Position numbers and translations under genes: made by a program. From contig CACIWG010000001.1 of assembly GCA_902590245.1 (NCBI GenBank), forward strand, positions 1,747 to 65,746: a stretch of 64,000 bases of DNA. Reading direction: 5' to 3'. Shown here piece by piece: positions 48,217-58,828 of the stretch; position 1 is the stretch's first letter; every line of letters starts with the position of its first letter. The notes below the pieces were generated by a model that was given only the letters and a program-made list of their open reading frames with translations, had not been told where the DNA came from and made no database searches. The DNA is from an uncultured SAR116 cluster alpha proteobacterium (GTDB lineage Bacteria > Pseudomonadota > Alphaproteobacteria > Puniceispirillales > Marisalimonadaceae).

Positions 48217-49551
48217 TCACAATCCCTTCCATTCTTTTCCTAGTAAGCACAAAAACATTCCTGCCCCTGTTATTATGAGACCAAAACTAACTGAATATAA
48301 AACGTAATCTATAGACAAATTTCTGGATACTGCAAGATACCCAAATAAGACCACGCATGAAAATCTTAAAATCCCAACTAAAATCGGCTTTATCATTTTA
48401 CCAGTTCCTTGACTTGAAAAATAAATAGCCTGACCAAAACCAAAAAGACAATAAAACGGTGTTACAATTAAAATATATTTTAAACAATATTTAATTACAT
48501 CAGGGTTCGAAGAAAAATTTTGGTATAAAAATTGAGGAAAAAGATTAATAAAAAGTCCAATAAAACCAATAATCAAAAAACATACAATTCCTCCAGTAAA
48601 AGCTATCTTTCTTGCTCTGGCAAACTGTTTAGAACCAAAATTAATACTAACAGATGCTGTTAAAGCTGCACCTATTCCAAATATTATAGGTGTTAAAATT
48701 AACTCTAATCTTGCACCTATGCCATATCCTGCTAGAGCATTTGGACCAAAATTTCCAATATAACCCGTCATAACACCTACTGTCAGCGCTATAGTAATGC
48801 TATTTAAAAGACCAAGACCTCCAACTTTCATAATATCAATGAAGATTAAATTTGAAAATTTATGAAATTTAACTTTTAAAATACTTTGCTTAAAAATTAA
48901 ATAATAAAACAAATAAGCCATCATAATTATATGGCAAATAACTATCGAAATAGCGGGACCAAGAATACCGAATTTAAAACTGTCATAGATACCAAATGTA
49001 AAAACATATGATAAAATTATTTGACATAAACTTCCAATTACAATCGCCTTTGAAGGGATATAAGTATTTCCTAAACCTCGAATTATTGAAGCTAATATAT
49101 GAGTTAGCCAAAAGAAAATTGAAAATGCAAAAAACACTTTTGAATAATTAATAGCCCCAACTAAAATTATTTCAGTTGCACCCATAAATTTAAAAATATT
49201 TTTTGAATATAATAAAAATATTATCGTAAAAATTAATGCCATTCCAAATGCAACTAAAATCGAATGAAAACAAGATGCTTCAGCTCTTTTAATATCTTTG
49301 CTACCGACCGCTCTTCCAACTGAAGAAGTTACTCCACCACCAATAGCTCCTGCAGCCATCATTAACATGAGCATTTGAAATGGAAAAATTATGGCTATTA
49401 TAGCTAAAGCTTCAGTACCTAAAAAACCAAGAAACATAGCATCTGCAAATGTTGCTATTGTCCAAGCAATCCAAGCAAATGCATTTGGAAGACCAAGCTT
49501 CCATATTATTTTTAAAATTGATCCATTTAAGATTAGAGGTATGTTTGATAT
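48217..49551 (-). CDS. MATE-family efflux transporter; start codon unresolved
   Basis: Polytopic, MATE-like. The first ATG (49437) lies inside TM1. The frame is open upstream to 49572 and encodes ...SILKIIWKLGLPNAFAWIAWTIATFADA. AAGGAG sits 6 nt before an ATA at 49551. Confidence 0.75.
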   Translation of the reverse strand: MSNIPLILNGSILKIIWKLGLPNAFAWIAWTIATFADAMFLGFLGTEALAIIAIIFPFQMLMLMMAAGAIGGGVTSSVGRAVGSKDIKRAEASCFHSILVAFGMALIFTIIFLLYSKNIFKFMGATEIILVGAINYSKVFFAFSIFFWLTHILASIIRGLGNTYIPSKAIVIGSLCQIILSYVFTFGIYDSFKFGILGPAISIVICHIIMMAYLFYYLIFKQSILKVKFHKFSNLIFIDIMKVGGLGLLNSITIALTVGVMTGYIGNFGPNALAGYGIGARLELILTPIIFGIGAALTASVSINFGSKQFARARKIAFTGGIVCFLIIGFIGLFINLFPQFLYQNFSSNPDVIKYCLKYILIVTPFYCLFGFGQAIYFSSQGTGKMIKPILVGILRFSCVVLFGYLAVSRNLSIDYVLYSVSFGLIITGAGMFLCLLGKEWKGL

Positions 49552-49601
49552 TTTAGTCTCCTTAAACTTTTTTCAAAATAGCAATTTTAAATACAATTTA
49601 A

Positions 49602-50027
49602 TTACTTTAATGGATAAGTCGATGTAGCATGACACAGAACATCTCTATTTTCTTCTGAGTAGACCTTAGTCTCACCAATAGCTATAGAACTTCCAAATCT
49701 TTGAACCTCGCTTTCAATTATAAAATAATCTCCAAATGCTGGCCTTATAAAATTATTATTTTGAGACAAAGTTCCTCTTTGCGATTTAGTTGAAGTGTTC
49801 ATGGCAATAGACATAACTGTATCTATTACTGACATTAAAATTTGTCCTGACAAAGCTCCTGTTACAAATTGATAATCTTTAGAATTTTCTAATCTTGCAA
49901 CAACTTTACCTTTTTTGATACTTAAGAATGACAACTTTAACTGCTTAACATATGGAGCAAAAACATAATCATATATCTTTTCCACATTTTCCATTGTTAT
50001 TGTATCTTCAGGTAATTTTGGGTTCAT
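49602..50027 (-). CDS. PaaI/hotdog-fold thioesterase family protein
   Basis: 141 aa of typical size, with a hotdog-like central pattern (GALSGQILMSVIDT). Confidence 0.7.
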   Translation of the reverse strand: MNPKLPEDTITMENVEKIYDYVFAPYVKQLKLSFLSIKKGKVVARLENSKDYQFVTGALSGQILMSVIDTVMSIAMNTSTKSQRGTLSQNNNFIRPAFGDYFIIESEVQRFGSSIAIGETKVYSEENRDVLCHATSTYPLK

Positions 50028-50137
50028 AAATTAAAGCTATAAAATTTTTAAAATTAAACAAATAATAATCTAAATAAAATAAGTTTATATAAAAATTAAT
50101 ATTTTTGGTATGATTTATTAAATTTAAAGGAGAAATT

Positions 50138-50455
50138 ATGGCTACATATTTAATACTTGGAACATATTCAAATAAAGGTGCAAAAGGGTTAGTGGAAAAA
50201 GACTCTGATCGTAGAGAGGCCATGAAAACTTTGGCAGATAGTGTCGGGGCAAAGTTTCTAGATTATCATATCACTAGAGGTATTTATGATTTTTGGATTT
50301 TAATTGAAGCCGAAAGTTTTGATCAAATTGCTGCAATTAACCTTAAAGCAAAATCTGCAGATACAATAGATAAAGCTGATGTTTTAGAAACAGTTGATAT
50401 CAATAATATTAGAAAACAAGCTAAACAGGTTAACTACATTCCACCAACAGAATAA
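50138..50455 (+). CDS. GYD-domain protein
   Basis: 105 aa with N-terminal MATYLILGTYS and the later GIYDFWILIEA. GGAG SD sequence upstream. Confidence 0.7.
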   Translation: MATYLILGTYSNKGAKGLVEKDSDRREAMKTLADSVGAKFLDYHITRGIYDFWILIEAESFDQIAAINLKAKSADTIDKADVLETVDINNIRKQAKQVNYIPPTE

Positions 50456-50488
50456 AGCAGTTAAAAAATTAAATAATTTTAAAATGTT

Positions 50489-50791
50489 TTATAAAATTAT
50501 TTCAAATCCTTCAAACTCTGGATGTCCTAGATAGACATCACTATGTTGTCCAGCTCCTTTATGTGCTTTTCTAAAAGCCTCTGATTTTGTCCAATTGATA
50601 AAGTCTTCTTCAGTTTCCCACAAACTATGAGAAGCATAAAGTCTGTAGTTTTCTTGCTCACTACCCTTTATTAAATTAAATTTTTTAAAGCCAGGTACAT
50701 TTTCTAAATGTGTATCACGACTTTTCCATATTTCTTCAAAAGTTTCTTCTTTACCAGAAATTATTTTAAATCTATTCATTGCTATATACAA
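50489..50791 (-). CDS. Antibiotic-biosynthesis-monooxygenase (ABM/ferredoxin-like) domain protein
   Basis: 100 aa with MYIAMNRFKI...FEEIW...PGF...W.....F..W. Confidence 0.75.
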   Translation of the reverse strand: MYIAMNRFKIISGKEETFEEIWKSRDTHLENVPGFKKFNLIKGSEQENYRLYASHSLWETEEDFINWTKSEAFRKAHKGAGQHSDVYLGHPEFEGFEIIL

Positions 50792-50926
50792 TTAACTAAC
50801 TCCAATATTAACGTATTTTTTATTAAAAAAATCATAATAGATTACATTAGTAACATCATTCGTACCAAGATAAAATATTGGATTTTGAAAAAATATATTT
50901 TATGCAAGAAAGCTTTCCGAAATTAA

Positions 50927-51234
50927 TTATACACTATCAAAAGTCTTTTTAATATATAAGCTATCAAGTAAATCTCTTACATAATTTAATGCCATATAAG
51001 TATTTTCACACTGGAATTGATATAGTATTTTTGTAATTTTTTTTTCAGTTTCGTCAATATAACAGCAGTCATGTTTTCTAAAATCATAAATTTTTACTGA
51101 CGATAAGGATATTGATTTTATTAAATCATCAAAAGGAACTATAATATCATTTATTCTTATAATGATTATAAAATTATTTAGTTTAAAGTTTTTAAAAACA
51201 TGCTTAATATCTACTAATAATTTGGAGTTTATGA
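50927..51234 (-). CDS. Candidate unannotated ORF without canonical start (or recent pseudogene)
   Basis: Minus frame is stop-free from 51301 down to the TAA at 50927-50929 (~124 codons) in very AT-rich spacer. Reads ...RINDIIVPFDDLIKSISLSSVKIYDFRKHDCCYIDETEKKITKILYQFQCENTYMALNYVRDLLDSLYIKKTFDSV. Confidence 0.3.
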
Positions 51235-53088
51235 ATGAAAGATGATTACCTAATTGAAGTAAACAATTTAAAAGTATACTTCCCTCTAAAAGATAATACC
51301 GTTAAAGCTGTTGATGATGTATCTTGGAACATAAAAAAAGGTGAAACTTTAGCTGTCGTTGGAGAATCAGGATCAGGTAAATCAGTCACAGCAATGTCAC
51401 TTATGAGATTAACAGATTACTCTGGAGGAGATATAGTTTCAGGCTCAATAAACTTTAATAGAAAAAATGGGGATACATTAGATATCACTCAACAAAATCA
51501 AGATACAATGAGAGAAATAAGAGGAAACGATATATCAATGATATTTCAAGAGCCAATGACTTCTCTAAATCCAGTATTTACAATAGGTATGCAAATTTCT
51601 GAAGCAATTATAAAGCATCAAAATAAAACTCCTGAAGAAGCCCGTGAAATTTCATTAGAAATGCTTAAATTAGTTAGAATACCAGAACCAGATAAACAAC
51701 TTGAACAATACCCACATCAATTATCTGGTGGAATGAGACAACGCGTAATGATTGCAATGGCATTAAGTTGCAAACCATCACTTTTGATTGCTGACGAACC
51801 AACTACTGCATTAGATGTTACCATACAAGCTCAAATACTCGATTTAATTAAAATGTTACAAAGAGATATTGGAATGTCAGTCATGTTTATTACACATGAT
51901 ATGGGCGTAGTTGCAGAAGTTGCTGATAGAGTTGTTGTTATGCTTAATGGAAAAAAAGTGGAAGAAGGAACAGCAAAAGAAATTTTTTTAAAACCAAAAC
52001 ATCCCTACACAAAAGCTCTACTTTCAGCTGTCCCAAAACTAGGAAGTATGAAAGGTCGTAGATTACCAGCCAAATTTGCCAATATAGACGTAAAAAGAGC
52101 TGAAGGTGACGAAGTTAAAGATATTAAAGACGGACATCAACTTCAAGATATAAAAGATCAGGTCAACTATAAATCTCCTCCCTTGTTAAAAGTTGAAGGA
52201 TTGACAACACGTTTTGAAATAAAACAAGGGATGGGAGGGAAAAAAGGAATAGTGCACGCTGTTCAAAATATTGACTTTTCAATGCAGCCAGGAGAAACCT
52301 TTGGATTAGTTGGTGAGAGCGGTTGCGGAAAATCAACAACTGGAAGAAGTATTCTTAGGCTTACTGAACCCACAAGAGGAAATGTAATTTTTGATGGCGT
52401 AGATCTGTCATCTTTAAATATAAAAGAATTAAGAACTTATAGAAAACAAATGCAAATGATATTTCAAGATCCATTTGCTTCACTTAATCCAAGAATGATG
52501 GTAGGAGAAACAATTGCGGAACCTATTTACGTTCATGGATTAGCTAAGGGAAAAGAAGTTACAGATCGTGTTGAAAAACTATTAGATAGAGTTGGACTTA
52601 CGCCAGATTATGCTGTGAGATATCCTCACGAATTATCTGGTGGACAAAGACAAAGAATAGGTATTGCAAGAGCTTTAGCATTAGAACCAAAACTTATCAT
52701 TGCTGATGAAGCTGTTTCTGCGTTAGATGTATCAATTCAAGCTCAAGTTGTTAATCTTATGATGGAATTACAAGAAGATCTTGGGTTGTCATATTTATTT
52801 ATAAGTCACGATATGGCTGTTATAGAAAGAGTAAGTCACAGAGTTGGTGTAATGTATCTAGGAGAAATTGTTGAACTTGGACTAAGAAGTCAAATTTTCG
52901 AAAACCCTCAACATCCTTATACTAAAAAGTTAATGTCTGCAGTACCAGTTGCTGACCCGAGAAAAAGAAAAACTGAACTTAATCTAATGACTGATGAAAT
53001 ACCTAGTCTGGTTAAGCCAGTAGATTATGAACCTGAAAAAATACATCTTACAAAAGTTGATGAAGGTCATTATGTAATGCCTCATTGA
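51235..53088 (+). CDS. Peptide/glutathione-type ABC importer ATPase with duplicated ATP-binding domains (GsiA-like)
   Basis: 617 aa with two Walker A motifs ([16 protein letters not shown]), two signatures ([16 protein letters not shown]) and oligopeptide-type C-terminal extensions. Confidence 0.9.
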   Translation: MKDDYLIEVNNLKVYFPLKDNTVKAVDDVSWNIKKGETLAVVGESGSGKSVTAMSLMRLTDYSGGDIVSGSINFNRKNGDTLDITQQNQDTMREIRGNDISMIFQEPMTSLNPVFTIGMQISEAIIKHQNKTPEEAREISLEMLKLVRIPEPDKQLEQYPHQLSGGMRQRVMIAMALSCKPSLLIADEPTTALDVTIQAQILDLIKMLQRDIGMSVMFITHDMGVVAEVADRVVVMLNGKKVEEGTAKEIFLKPKHPYTKALLSAVPKLGSMKGRRLPAKFANIDVKRAEGDEVKDIKDGHQLQDIKDQVNYKSPPLLKVEGLTTRFEIKQGMGGKKGIVHAVQNIDFSMQPGETFGLVGESGCGKSTTGRSILRLTEPTRGNVIFDGVDLSSLNIKELRTYRKQMQMIFQDPFASLNPRMMVGETIAEPIYVHGLAKGKEVTDRVEKLLDRVGLTPDYAVRYPHELSGGQRQRIGIARALALEPKLIIADEAVSALDVSIQAQVVNLMMELQEDLGLSYLFISHDMAVIERVSHRVGVMYLGEIVELGLRSQIFENPQHPYTKKLMSAVPVADPRKRKTELNLMTDEIPSLVKPVDYEPEKIHLTKVDEGHYVMPH

Positions 53089-53209
53089 GTATATCAGAAA
53101 AGATGATTTTTATTATTAGATATTATAATTTAATGTTTTTTGATGTATAACCTAACCTATAATTAATATTATGTTAAATAAATTAACTAAGTTTTTAGGA
53201 GGAATAAAT

Positions 53210-54790
53210 ATGCTTGGTTTCATAAAAAACTTAGTTGGAGGATTAGCTCTGATTTCCTTCACCGTTGTTGGTGGTATTGCGAATAGTGCATCTTGCCCCA
53301 AATCAGGTGGAATTTTAAAATATGGTGTTAAAGCTGAACCGCCAACTTACGACATGCATGGAACGAATTCATACGCAGTTATGCACTTCGTTGCGCAGCA
53401 TTACTCAACATTATTAACATTTGATTGGAATAAATTTCCAAAACTTGAAGGTGATGTTGCAGATAGTTGGAACGTCTCATCCGATGGATTGACTTATACT
53501 TTTAAAATAAAAAAAGGTATAAAATTCCATGATGGTACTCCATTAACATCAAAAGATGTTAAAGCAACCTATGACAGGTTAAGAAACCCACCTGAAGGTG
53601 TTATTTCAGTAAGAAAAGCACTCTTCTCATCGATTTCTGGAATTACAACGCCTGACGATAATACAGTTGTCTTTAAATTGAGTTCTCCAGATGCATTTAT
53701 GCTTGATGGATTTGCATCACCATTTAATGCGATTTACTCAGCAAAAGACATTGCAAAAGATCCAAAATGGCACTTAAAAAATATAAATGGTACTGGACCA
53801 TATAAGTTTGTTGCTCACAAAAAAGGTGAAAGCTGGAAAGCTGAGAAGTTCGCAGACTTTCATCATGGAGATAACTGCTTAGATGGAACAGAGTCTTTTA
53901 GAATTAAAAAAGTTGCTGAACCATTAATTGGTGGTCAAATAATGGCTGAGTGGAGAGGAACTGCACCACCTGAAAGAGTGTTATTGAAAAAAGAAATGGG
54001 TGATAATGTTTCATTTCAAGCTAAAACATTGATGACACTATGGGTAGTAAGTTTAAACAGTAAAACTAAAGCTTTCCAGAACAAGAAAGTAAGACAAGCG
54101 ATCAATATGTGTATTGATAGACACACAGGATTAAAAAAGTTAGCTAAGATTACTTTTACAGCTCCAAGACCTTCTGGTTATTTACTATATGATACATTCT
54201 ATGCATTACCAGATGAAGAATTATATAAAATTCCTGGTTTTCAAAAAGATATTGCTGCTAGTAGAAAAAAAGCGATGCAAATGCTTAAAGAAGCTGGTGC
54301 TGAAGGCTTAGAATTTACATACAGTAACAGAGCTGTATCTCATCCATATGATCATATAGCTATTTGGCTAATGTCTGAGTGGAAGAAATGTGGATTAAAA
54401 CCAAAAATGATTACTAACCCAACTTCAAAATTTGTAAAAATTAGAAGAGAAGGTGGTTTCGATGCTACAATCGATTGGGCTCCATCATTTTTACCAGATC
54501 CAACATTAATGCATTTTAAATATATATCAGCTGATAGAACAGCATCTAACTACTCTAAAAATACAGATAGAGGATTAGATAAAATTTTTGATGCTCAAAA
54601 AGGTGAAGTTGACAAGAATAAAAGAAAAGCTCTTGTTCATGAATTTGAAAAAACTGCACTTGAAAATGCATGGGTATTACCAATTACCTATACAGATCGT
54701 GTGATAGCACTAAACAGTAAGGTAAAAGGATATGTGATTGCAAACTCACATATATTAAATAACACCTGGAGAGGTGTCTATTTAGACTAA
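53210..54790 (+). CDS. ABC transporter substrate-binding protein, family 5 (peptide/nickel/glutathione type)
   Basis: AGGAGG lies 7 nt before the ATG at 53210, which is followed by a signal peptide. SBP_bac_5-like throughout. The track start at 53171 is in frame but less likely. Confidence 0.9.
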   Translation: MLGFIKNLVGGLALISFTVVGGIANSASCPKSGGILKYGVKAEPPTYDMHGTNSYAVMHFVAQHYSTLLTFDWNKFPKLEGDVADSWNVSSDGLTYTFKIKKGIKFHDGTPLTSKDVKATYDRLRNPPEGVISVRKALFSSISGITTPDDNTVVFKLSSPDAFMLDGFASPFNAIYSAKDIAKDPKWHLKNINGTGPYKFVAHKKGESWKAEKFADFHHGDNCLDGTESFRIKKVAEPLIGGQIMAEWRGTAPPERVLLKKEMGDNVSFQAKTLMTLWVVSLNSKTKAFQNKKVRQAINMCIDRHTGLKKLAKITFTAPRPSGYLLYDTFYALPDEELYKIPGFQKDIAASRKKAMQMLKEAGAEGLEFTYSNRAVSHPYDHIAIWLMSEWKKCGLKPKMITNPTSKFVKIRREGGFDATIDWAPSFLPDPTLMHFKYISADRTASNYSKNTDRGLDKIFDAQKGEVDKNKRKALVHEFEKTALENAWVLPITYTDRVIALNSKVKGYVIANSHILNNTWRGVYLD

Positions 54791-54803
54791 ACTTTATGAA
54801 ATA

Positions 54804-54850
54804 AAGGCAATCTAATAATAATTTAGATTGCCTTCCCTTTTATTTTTTTT
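54804..54850 (+). terminator. Intrinsic terminator/attenuator hairpin between the SBP and permease genes
   Basis: Perfect 12-bp stem AAGGCAATCTAA / TTAGATTGCCTT with a 7-nt loop, then CCCTTTTATTTTTTTTT. Confidence 0.75.
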
Positions 54851-54863
54851 TAAGAATAAATTA

Positions 54864-55820
54864 ATGTTAAAATACGCTATTAAAAGAATTTTATTAATGA
54901 TACCTACCCTTTTGGCGGTAGCTGTCATAGTCTTTTTAGTTTTAAGAGTTGTTCCTGGAGATATTGTCGAATTAAAGTTAACTGCTGAAGGCGGTGAAGT
55001 ATCTCTAGAACAAATAGAGGCTGAAAAAACAAGATTAGGCCTGAATGATCCACTTCACGTTCAATTTATAAAATATATGAGCGGATTACCTCGTGGCGAT
55101 TTGGGCATTTCATTATGGACTGAAGAGCCTGTCTCAGCAGAAATTGCTGCACGTATTGGTCTATCTTTCGAGCTAGCTTTATTATCAACTATATTAGCCG
55201 TTATAATTGCATTTCCTCTAGGCACTCTATCTGCCCTATTTAGAGGAACGATATTAGATTATATAATAAGGATTTTAACTATAGGTGGTATTGCTGTCCC
55301 CTCTTTTTGGCTAGGAATGTTATTAATCATGCTAGTTCTTGCCACTATAGGAACGTTACCGCCACTAGGAACTGTTAGTTTATTTGCAGATCCTTTAGTT
55401 AACTTACAACAGATGATATGGCCTGCAATTTCAGTTGGTTATAGATATAGTTCAGTTGTAGCAAGGATGCTTCGTTCATCAATATTAGAGGTTTTATCAG
55501 AAGATTATATCAGAACAGCTAGGGCAAAAGGTCTATATGAAAAAATAGTTATAGTAAAACATGGTATGAGAAACGCCCTATTACCAACTGTAACAGTAAT
55601 AGGTCTTGAATTTGCTTTTTTGTTAGGTGGATTAGTTGTTACAGAGTCAGTTTTTAATTTAAATGGTATTGGAAAACTATTTGTAGATAGTGTTGTTAGA
55701 AATGATTTAAATCTTTTACAAGGATTAGTACTAACAGTTGCAACTGCATTTGTAGTTGTGAATTTATTAATAGATCTTTTTTATGCAGCATTAGATCCTA
55801 GGATAAGATATCAGTCATGA
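54864..55820 (+). CDS. ABC peptide-type permease (DppB/GsiC-like)
   Basis: N-terminus MLKYAIKRILLMIPTLLAV is typical. The track's TTG at 54828 lies inside the terminator stem. Confidence 0.9.
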   Translation: MLKYAIKRILLMIPTLLAVAVIVFLVLRVVPGDIVELKLTAEGGEVSLEQIEAEKTRLGLNDPLHVQFIKYMSGLPRGDLGISLWTEEPVSAEIAARIGLSFELALLSTILAVIIAFPLGTLSALFRGTILDYIIRILTIGGIAVPSFWLGMLLIMLVLATIGTLPPLGTVSLFADPLVNLQQMIWPAISVGYRYSSVVARMLRSSILEVLSEDYIRTARAKGLYEKIVIVKHGMRNALLPTVTVIGLEFAFLLGGLVVTESVFNLNGIGKLFVDSVVRNDLNLLQGLVLTVATAFVVVNLLIDLFYAALDPRIRYQS

Positions 55821-56707
55821 GTAAAATGAATATCGCAAAACCAAAAAGAAGAACAGTTTGGGATTTTATAAAACAACAACCACTTGGTTTTATAGGATTA
55901 ATTTTAATATTAATAATGTCTATTGCTGCTATTTTTTCACCGGAAGTTGCTCCATACCATCCAGAAGATGTTGATTTTGAAGCTTCTCCTGCACTTGGAG
56001 GTGGGCAACCATCTTGGGATCATCTACTAGGTGCTGATGCGTTTGGAAGAGATATATTATCAAGATTGATATATGGCGCCAGGACAGCTTTATCTATTGG
56101 TTTTTTATCAGCATTTATAGGCTGTACAGTTGGAGCAATAATAGGAACTACATCTGCATATTTTGGAGGTAAAATTGACTTGATAATTCAAAGACTAATA
56201 GATCTAATGTTATCATTTCCTATCGTTGTTTTAGCAATTGTTGTAATCGCAGTTTTCCCAAAGACTGTCGTTGCCGGAATTGATATAAACGTTATCATTG
56301 CTATTGCAATACCATTTACACCAAAAGTTGCTAGAGTTATAAGATCACAAGCCTTAACAATAGTAACTTTACCATATGTAGATGCAGCAAAATCTGCCGG
56401 TTTCTCTGCAACTAGAACGATATTTAGACATATATTACCTAACGTTACAGCACCATATCTTATAATGCTTACTGCATTTATAGGGCAAGCTATATTACTT
56501 GAGGCCAGTTTATCTTATCTTGGATTAGGAGTTGTCGAACCAACACCTTCGTGGGGTTTAATGCTGTCAGGTGTGAACAGTGATTATTATAGAACAGCAG
56601 CATGGATGATTATTTATCCAGGATTAGCTGTAAGTATAGCAGTATTTTCATTCAACTTATTTGGTGATAGTTTAAGAGATTGGTTGGATCCTAAGTTAAA
56701 ATTATAA
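55817..56707 (+). CDS. ABC peptide-type permease (DppC/GsiD-like)
   Basis: 296 aa with a BPD_transp_1-type core. ATGA overlap with the previous gene. Confidence 0.9.
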   Translation: MSKMNIAKPKRRTVWDFIKQQPLGFIGLILILIMSIAAIFSPEVAPYHPEDVDFEASPALGGGQPSWDHLLGADAFGRDILSRLIYGARTALSIGFLSAFIGCTVGAIIGTTSAYFGGKIDLIIQRLIDLMLSFPIVVLAIVVIAVFPKTVVAGIDINVIIAIAIPFTPKVARVIRSQALTIVTLPYVDAAKSAGFSATRTIFRHILPNVTAPYLIMLTAFIGQAILLEASLSYLGLGVVEPTPSWGLMLSGVNSDYYRTAAWMIIYPGLAVSIAVFSFNLFGDSLRDWLDPKLKL

Positions 56708-56711
56708 ATTT

Positions 56712-57557
56712 ATGAATAAGAATTCAAATATTGGATTTGTTGGTCTTGGAAATATGGGAAAGCCAATATTTGATAATCTAAATAAAGAATTTTCTAACGT
56801 TTTTTGTTTTGATAAAGATACATCCAAATTAAAAATAAATAATTTCTCCTCTTCTCTAAATGAAATTTTTGAAAAATGTAAAATTATAATTTTTTGTATT
56901 GAATCAAATGAACAAATTATTGATATCATTAAAGAAAACGCAATAAAGAAAAATACAATTATTATTGATTTAACAAGTTCACTTCCAGAGTTAACAAAGC
57001 AAATTTCATCTTACTTAAAAATATTTGAATCACATTACATTGACGCAGGTATGTCAGGAGGTGCTTCAGGAGCATCAAATGGCACATTAACTTTAATGCT
57101 TGGTGGCAGTAAAACTATATGTAAAAAGATTGATTTTATTTTAAAAACATTCGCGAAGAATATATTTTATCTTGGTAAATCAGGAAATGGTCATCTGATG
57201 AAATTATTACATAATTCAGTATGTCATAGTATTTTTTTAATAAATTGTGAAATTCTAAATATAGCTAAATCATATGGAATTACTGACACTGACGTAATTA
57301 ATGTATTTAATAAATCTAATGCTAAAAGTTATATTAGTGAGAATAGATTTCCAAATAATATTTTAAATGGAAAATTTAATGGAAAATCAACAATTAAAAA
57401 TCTAAAAAAAGATTTAAAAATGATGAATTCAATTTTAAAAAATTCAAAAAGTAAAAAAAAATATACCGAATTAAGTAATGAAATTTTAAGTAAAATAGAT
57501 GATAAGTTAAATATGGAAGATTTCACAAATATTTATAAGATGTGGGACAAAATTTAA
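56712..57557 (+). CDS. NAD(P)-binding 3-hydroxyisobutyrate/6-phosphogluconate-dehydrogenase-like oxidoreductase
   Basis: 281 aa with N-terminal IGFVGLGNMG and the later GMSGGASGA. Confidence 0.7.
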   Translation: MNKNSNIGFVGLGNMGKPIFDNLNKEFSNVFCFDKDTSKLKINNFSSSLNEIFEKCKIIIFCIESNEQIIDIIKENAIKKNTIIIDLTSSLPELTKQISSYLKIFESHYIDAGMSGGASGASNGTLTLMLGGSKTICKKIDFILKTFAKNIFYLGKSGNGHLMKLLHNSVCHSIFLINCEILNIAKSYGITDTDVINVFNKSNAKSYISENRFPNNILNGKFNGKSTIKNLKKDLKMMNSILKNSKSKKKYTELSNEILSKIDDKLNMEDFTNIYKMWDKI

Positions 57558-57570
57558 TTTAAGTCCTTAA

Positions 57571-58011
57571 TCAATCTTTTAATTTTGCACCTGCTAAAAT
57601 ACTGATTTTTCCAGCTACAGGTATCATTGTTCTTATTTGCAAACCCCAATGGCCATTCTTTTTTGTTGAAACCCAGATACCAGTTGCAGTTGCATAAATT
57701 TCGTTATTTTCTAATCTTCTGTTAAATTCTACTAAACATTGAACGGCATTCTCTGACTTGTTAATGACTTCAACTTTATCTAAAGTTGATTTATTCCAGT
57801 TCTCTTCCTTTTCTAATTTATTTAAAAGAAACCCTATATATTCCCACATTTCTTCTTCATTTTTATATATTGTTGGGTCGTTATTATCTGATTGCGCCAT
57901 ATGTGGATAGTTAAGACAATTCAATATTTTGGATTTATCTCTTTTATTAAAATAGTATATAAAATCGTGCAAGCATTGAACTGCCCTATTTTCTTCTTCA
58001 GTGCTTATCAT
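57571..58011 (-). CDS. NTF2/SnoaL-like fold hypothetical protein
   Basis: 146 aa. Weak resemblance in size and pattern (F....N..D...i...) only. Confidence 0.4.
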   Translation of the reverse strand: MISTEEENRAVQCLHDFIYYFNKRDKSKILNCLNYPHMAQSDNNDPTIYKNEEEMWEYIGFLLNKLEKEENWNKSTLDKVEVINKSENAVQCLVEFNRRLENNEIYATATGIWVSTKKNGHWGLQIRTMIPVAGKISILAGAKLKD

Positions 58012-58118
58012 TATAATTCCTTCAATATAATAAAATATCTCAGTTTATATTAAAATACTATGAGGATATTAAAATTTTATTAAAAAACTTTTAATATATG
58101 GATTTAATTTTCAATCCA

Positions 58119-58820
58119 TTATTTTGCTAAATTTATGAAAACATCACCCATTCCAGATTGAATTTGATCAAGTGGAGTTCTATTTCTAATACTGCATTGT
58201 CTTCCAGTTATTCTATTAGCATATATCTTCCTTAAATCTGATGAAGAGCAATATTTTGCATCATGTAAAACACCTATAATTAATTTATCATCTGTTACAG
58301 AAACTTGTTTTTTATCAAGCTTGTTATTTTTGCAAAAATAGTTTTTATTCACTTTTTTTGGAAAATCTAGTTTATTACATGGATCTTTTATCAACAGTAC
58401 AAAGTATTCTTTTATTCCATTTTTAAAGGTTTTTTTAACCTTTTTTACTGAAGCATATTTCATTAAATCACAAACACAAGGCCAACAACACTTATAATAG
58501 TATCCACAAACTTTTTTATCTGAATCTTCTTCATTTAAATATACATAATGAGGTGTTGAATTTGGACGAATTAATGATCCAGAAACTGCACAATAAAGTT
58601 TGTTAACTTCTTTGAAATCTTCATAGTTTGTATATTTTTTTAAAATATGATTATAAAACTTAGGTCCAGCAGCATTTCTATTTGAGTCAGGAAAAATTTT
58701 TGGCCAATCCTTAACTAATTCATTATAAAATTTTTCACTTTCAGAATATGAAGAGCTAGTTGAAATAGTAAAAACAGATAATAGAAATAGAAGTAATAAA
58801 TTTAAGTTCAGCTTAATCAT
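58119..58820 (-). CDS. Secreted Cys-rich hypothetical protein
   Basis: 233 aa with a signal peptide and clustered Cys residues (CAVSGS, CGYYYKCCWPCVCD). Confidence 0.5.
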   Translation of the reverse strand: MIKLNLNLLLLFLLSVFTISTSSSYSESEKFYNELVKDWPKIFPDSNRNAAGPKFYNHILKKYTNYEDFKEVNKLYCAVSGSLIRPNSTPHYVYLNEEDSDKKVCGYYYKCCWPCVCDLMKYASVKKVKKTFKNGIKEYFVLLIKDPCNKLDFPKKVNKNYFCKNNKLDKKQVSVTDDKLIIGVLHDAKYCSSSDLRKIYANRITGRQCSIRNRTPLDQIQSGMGDVFINLAK

Positions 58821-58828
58821 AAAATTTA

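Noticed and set aside
54828-54863. TTG start proposed by the ORF track for the first peptide permease.
   Set aside because: Position 54828 lies inside the right arm of the terminator hairpin, and the added residues (MPSLLFFFKNKL) come from the T-tract. ATG 54864 gives a typical DppB-type N-terminus.
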